The position numbers and the translations under genes are program-made. The notes beneath the pieces are model-generated. The model searched no databases and had not been told where the DNA came from. It worked only from the letters and a program-made list of their open reading frames with translations. A stretch of 64,000 bases of DNA from the sequence record PZ445527.1. One strand, given 5' to 3'. How positions within the stretch are numbered: the first letter of the stretch is position 1; every line of letters begins with the position of its first letter. Below are positions 63,481-64,000 of this stretch, piece after piece. Origin of the DNA: a phage.

Positions 63481-64000
63481 TGACCTTGTTTAACGTGCAA
63501 GCTGTAGTGTTGAAGATGCTTCTAGCTTCCGAACAGAAGCAAATAGCATTGGAAACATTCTCAAAACTGCATAAAGATCATTTTAATGACGCTTTCTCCT
63601 CAATTTACCAAGCCGTCCAGAATTATTATAAAAAATATAACGCAATGCCGTCCATTGACGCACTTATGCTTGAGGCCAATAGGAACGCCCGCCTTTCTCA
63701 AGCTCTAGTCGTCTTAGCTAACACTCAAATTCCAGAAGTTAGCATGGAACAGGCACTTGAAGTCCTAGAGGCCGAGTATACACAGGATTTATTCCTGAAG
63801 CTTCTAGAAACAGACGTGCTTCAAGATTTAACAATGCTGGATCAGGGAGAAATTCTTAACCGAGTTGCCTCCCTTCACTTAAAATTAGAAGAGAAAGTAA
63901 CGAATACTGGAAAAGTATTCAACGCAGATAACATGCGTATTTTCCAGAGAGAAGAAGATACCAAACTGAACTTAATCGCTCTTGGTATTTGTAATGAGTT
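63481..64000 (+). CDS. hypothetical protein, 3' end truncated by window edge
   Basis: ATG 63481 behind AAAGGAGA SD; open to window end. Confidence 0.5.

Overview
This window is a T5-like (Demerecviridae-type) lytic phage genome segment, AT-rich overall, read by eye from the sequence and the ORF track with no database searches or RNA folding run. Layout: (1) 1-2800, leftward pre-early-like genes including a 3'-truncated metallophosphoesterase-like ORF (possible T5 A1 analogue), slightly GC-richer than the rest; (2) 2870-7190, about 4 kb of repeat-rich, almost gene-free DNA with 30-bp tandem repeats, DnaA boxes, two consensus LexA boxes, palindromes and an array of TGTGCAAATCCGAC repeats, enclosing a cassette of tiny plus-strand genes (3996-5434); this resembles the T5 injection-stop region at the terminal-repeat boundary; (3) 7190-47628, a long leftward early block: many small hypothetical and membrane proteins, two metallophosphoesterases, thioredoxin-like protein, lysis genes (M15 endolysin plus membrane proteins), ClpP-like protease, dNMP kinase, GrcA-like glycyl-radical cofactor, a tRNA cluster (about 13 supported tRNAs plus several tRNA-like fragments) interleaved with small ORFs, Toprim protein, SPFH protein, SleB-like hydrolase, DexA-like exonuclease, NADAR protein, RNase H, ThyA, DHFR, NrdB, intein-containing NrdA, PhoH, and at least five free-standing HNH endonuclease genes; (4) 47946-64000, a rightward block: zinc-ribbon/T5orf172 protein, anaerobic NrdD, Sir2-like protein, a frameshifted HAD-like gene, a tandem paralog pair, a 929-aa Walker A/B helicase-like protein behind a 590-nt leader, HNH endonuclease, an NAD-dependent ligase split by a GIY-YIG endonuclease gene, and a D5-like repeat protein. 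Most units are preceded by near-consensus sigma70 promoters of the T5 early type (TTGCTT-17-TATAAT), one almost identical to T5 PN25. No single undescribed system can be claimed from sequence alone; the strongest candidates for follow-up are the LexA/DnaA/iteron regulatory region, the NADAR and zinc-ribbon-less Sir2 genes (NAD/ADP-ribose theme), the unusual tRNAs, and long untranslated stretches inside the tRNA operon. tRNA boundaries and anticodons were folded by hand and need tRNAscan-SE/ARAGORN confirmation.
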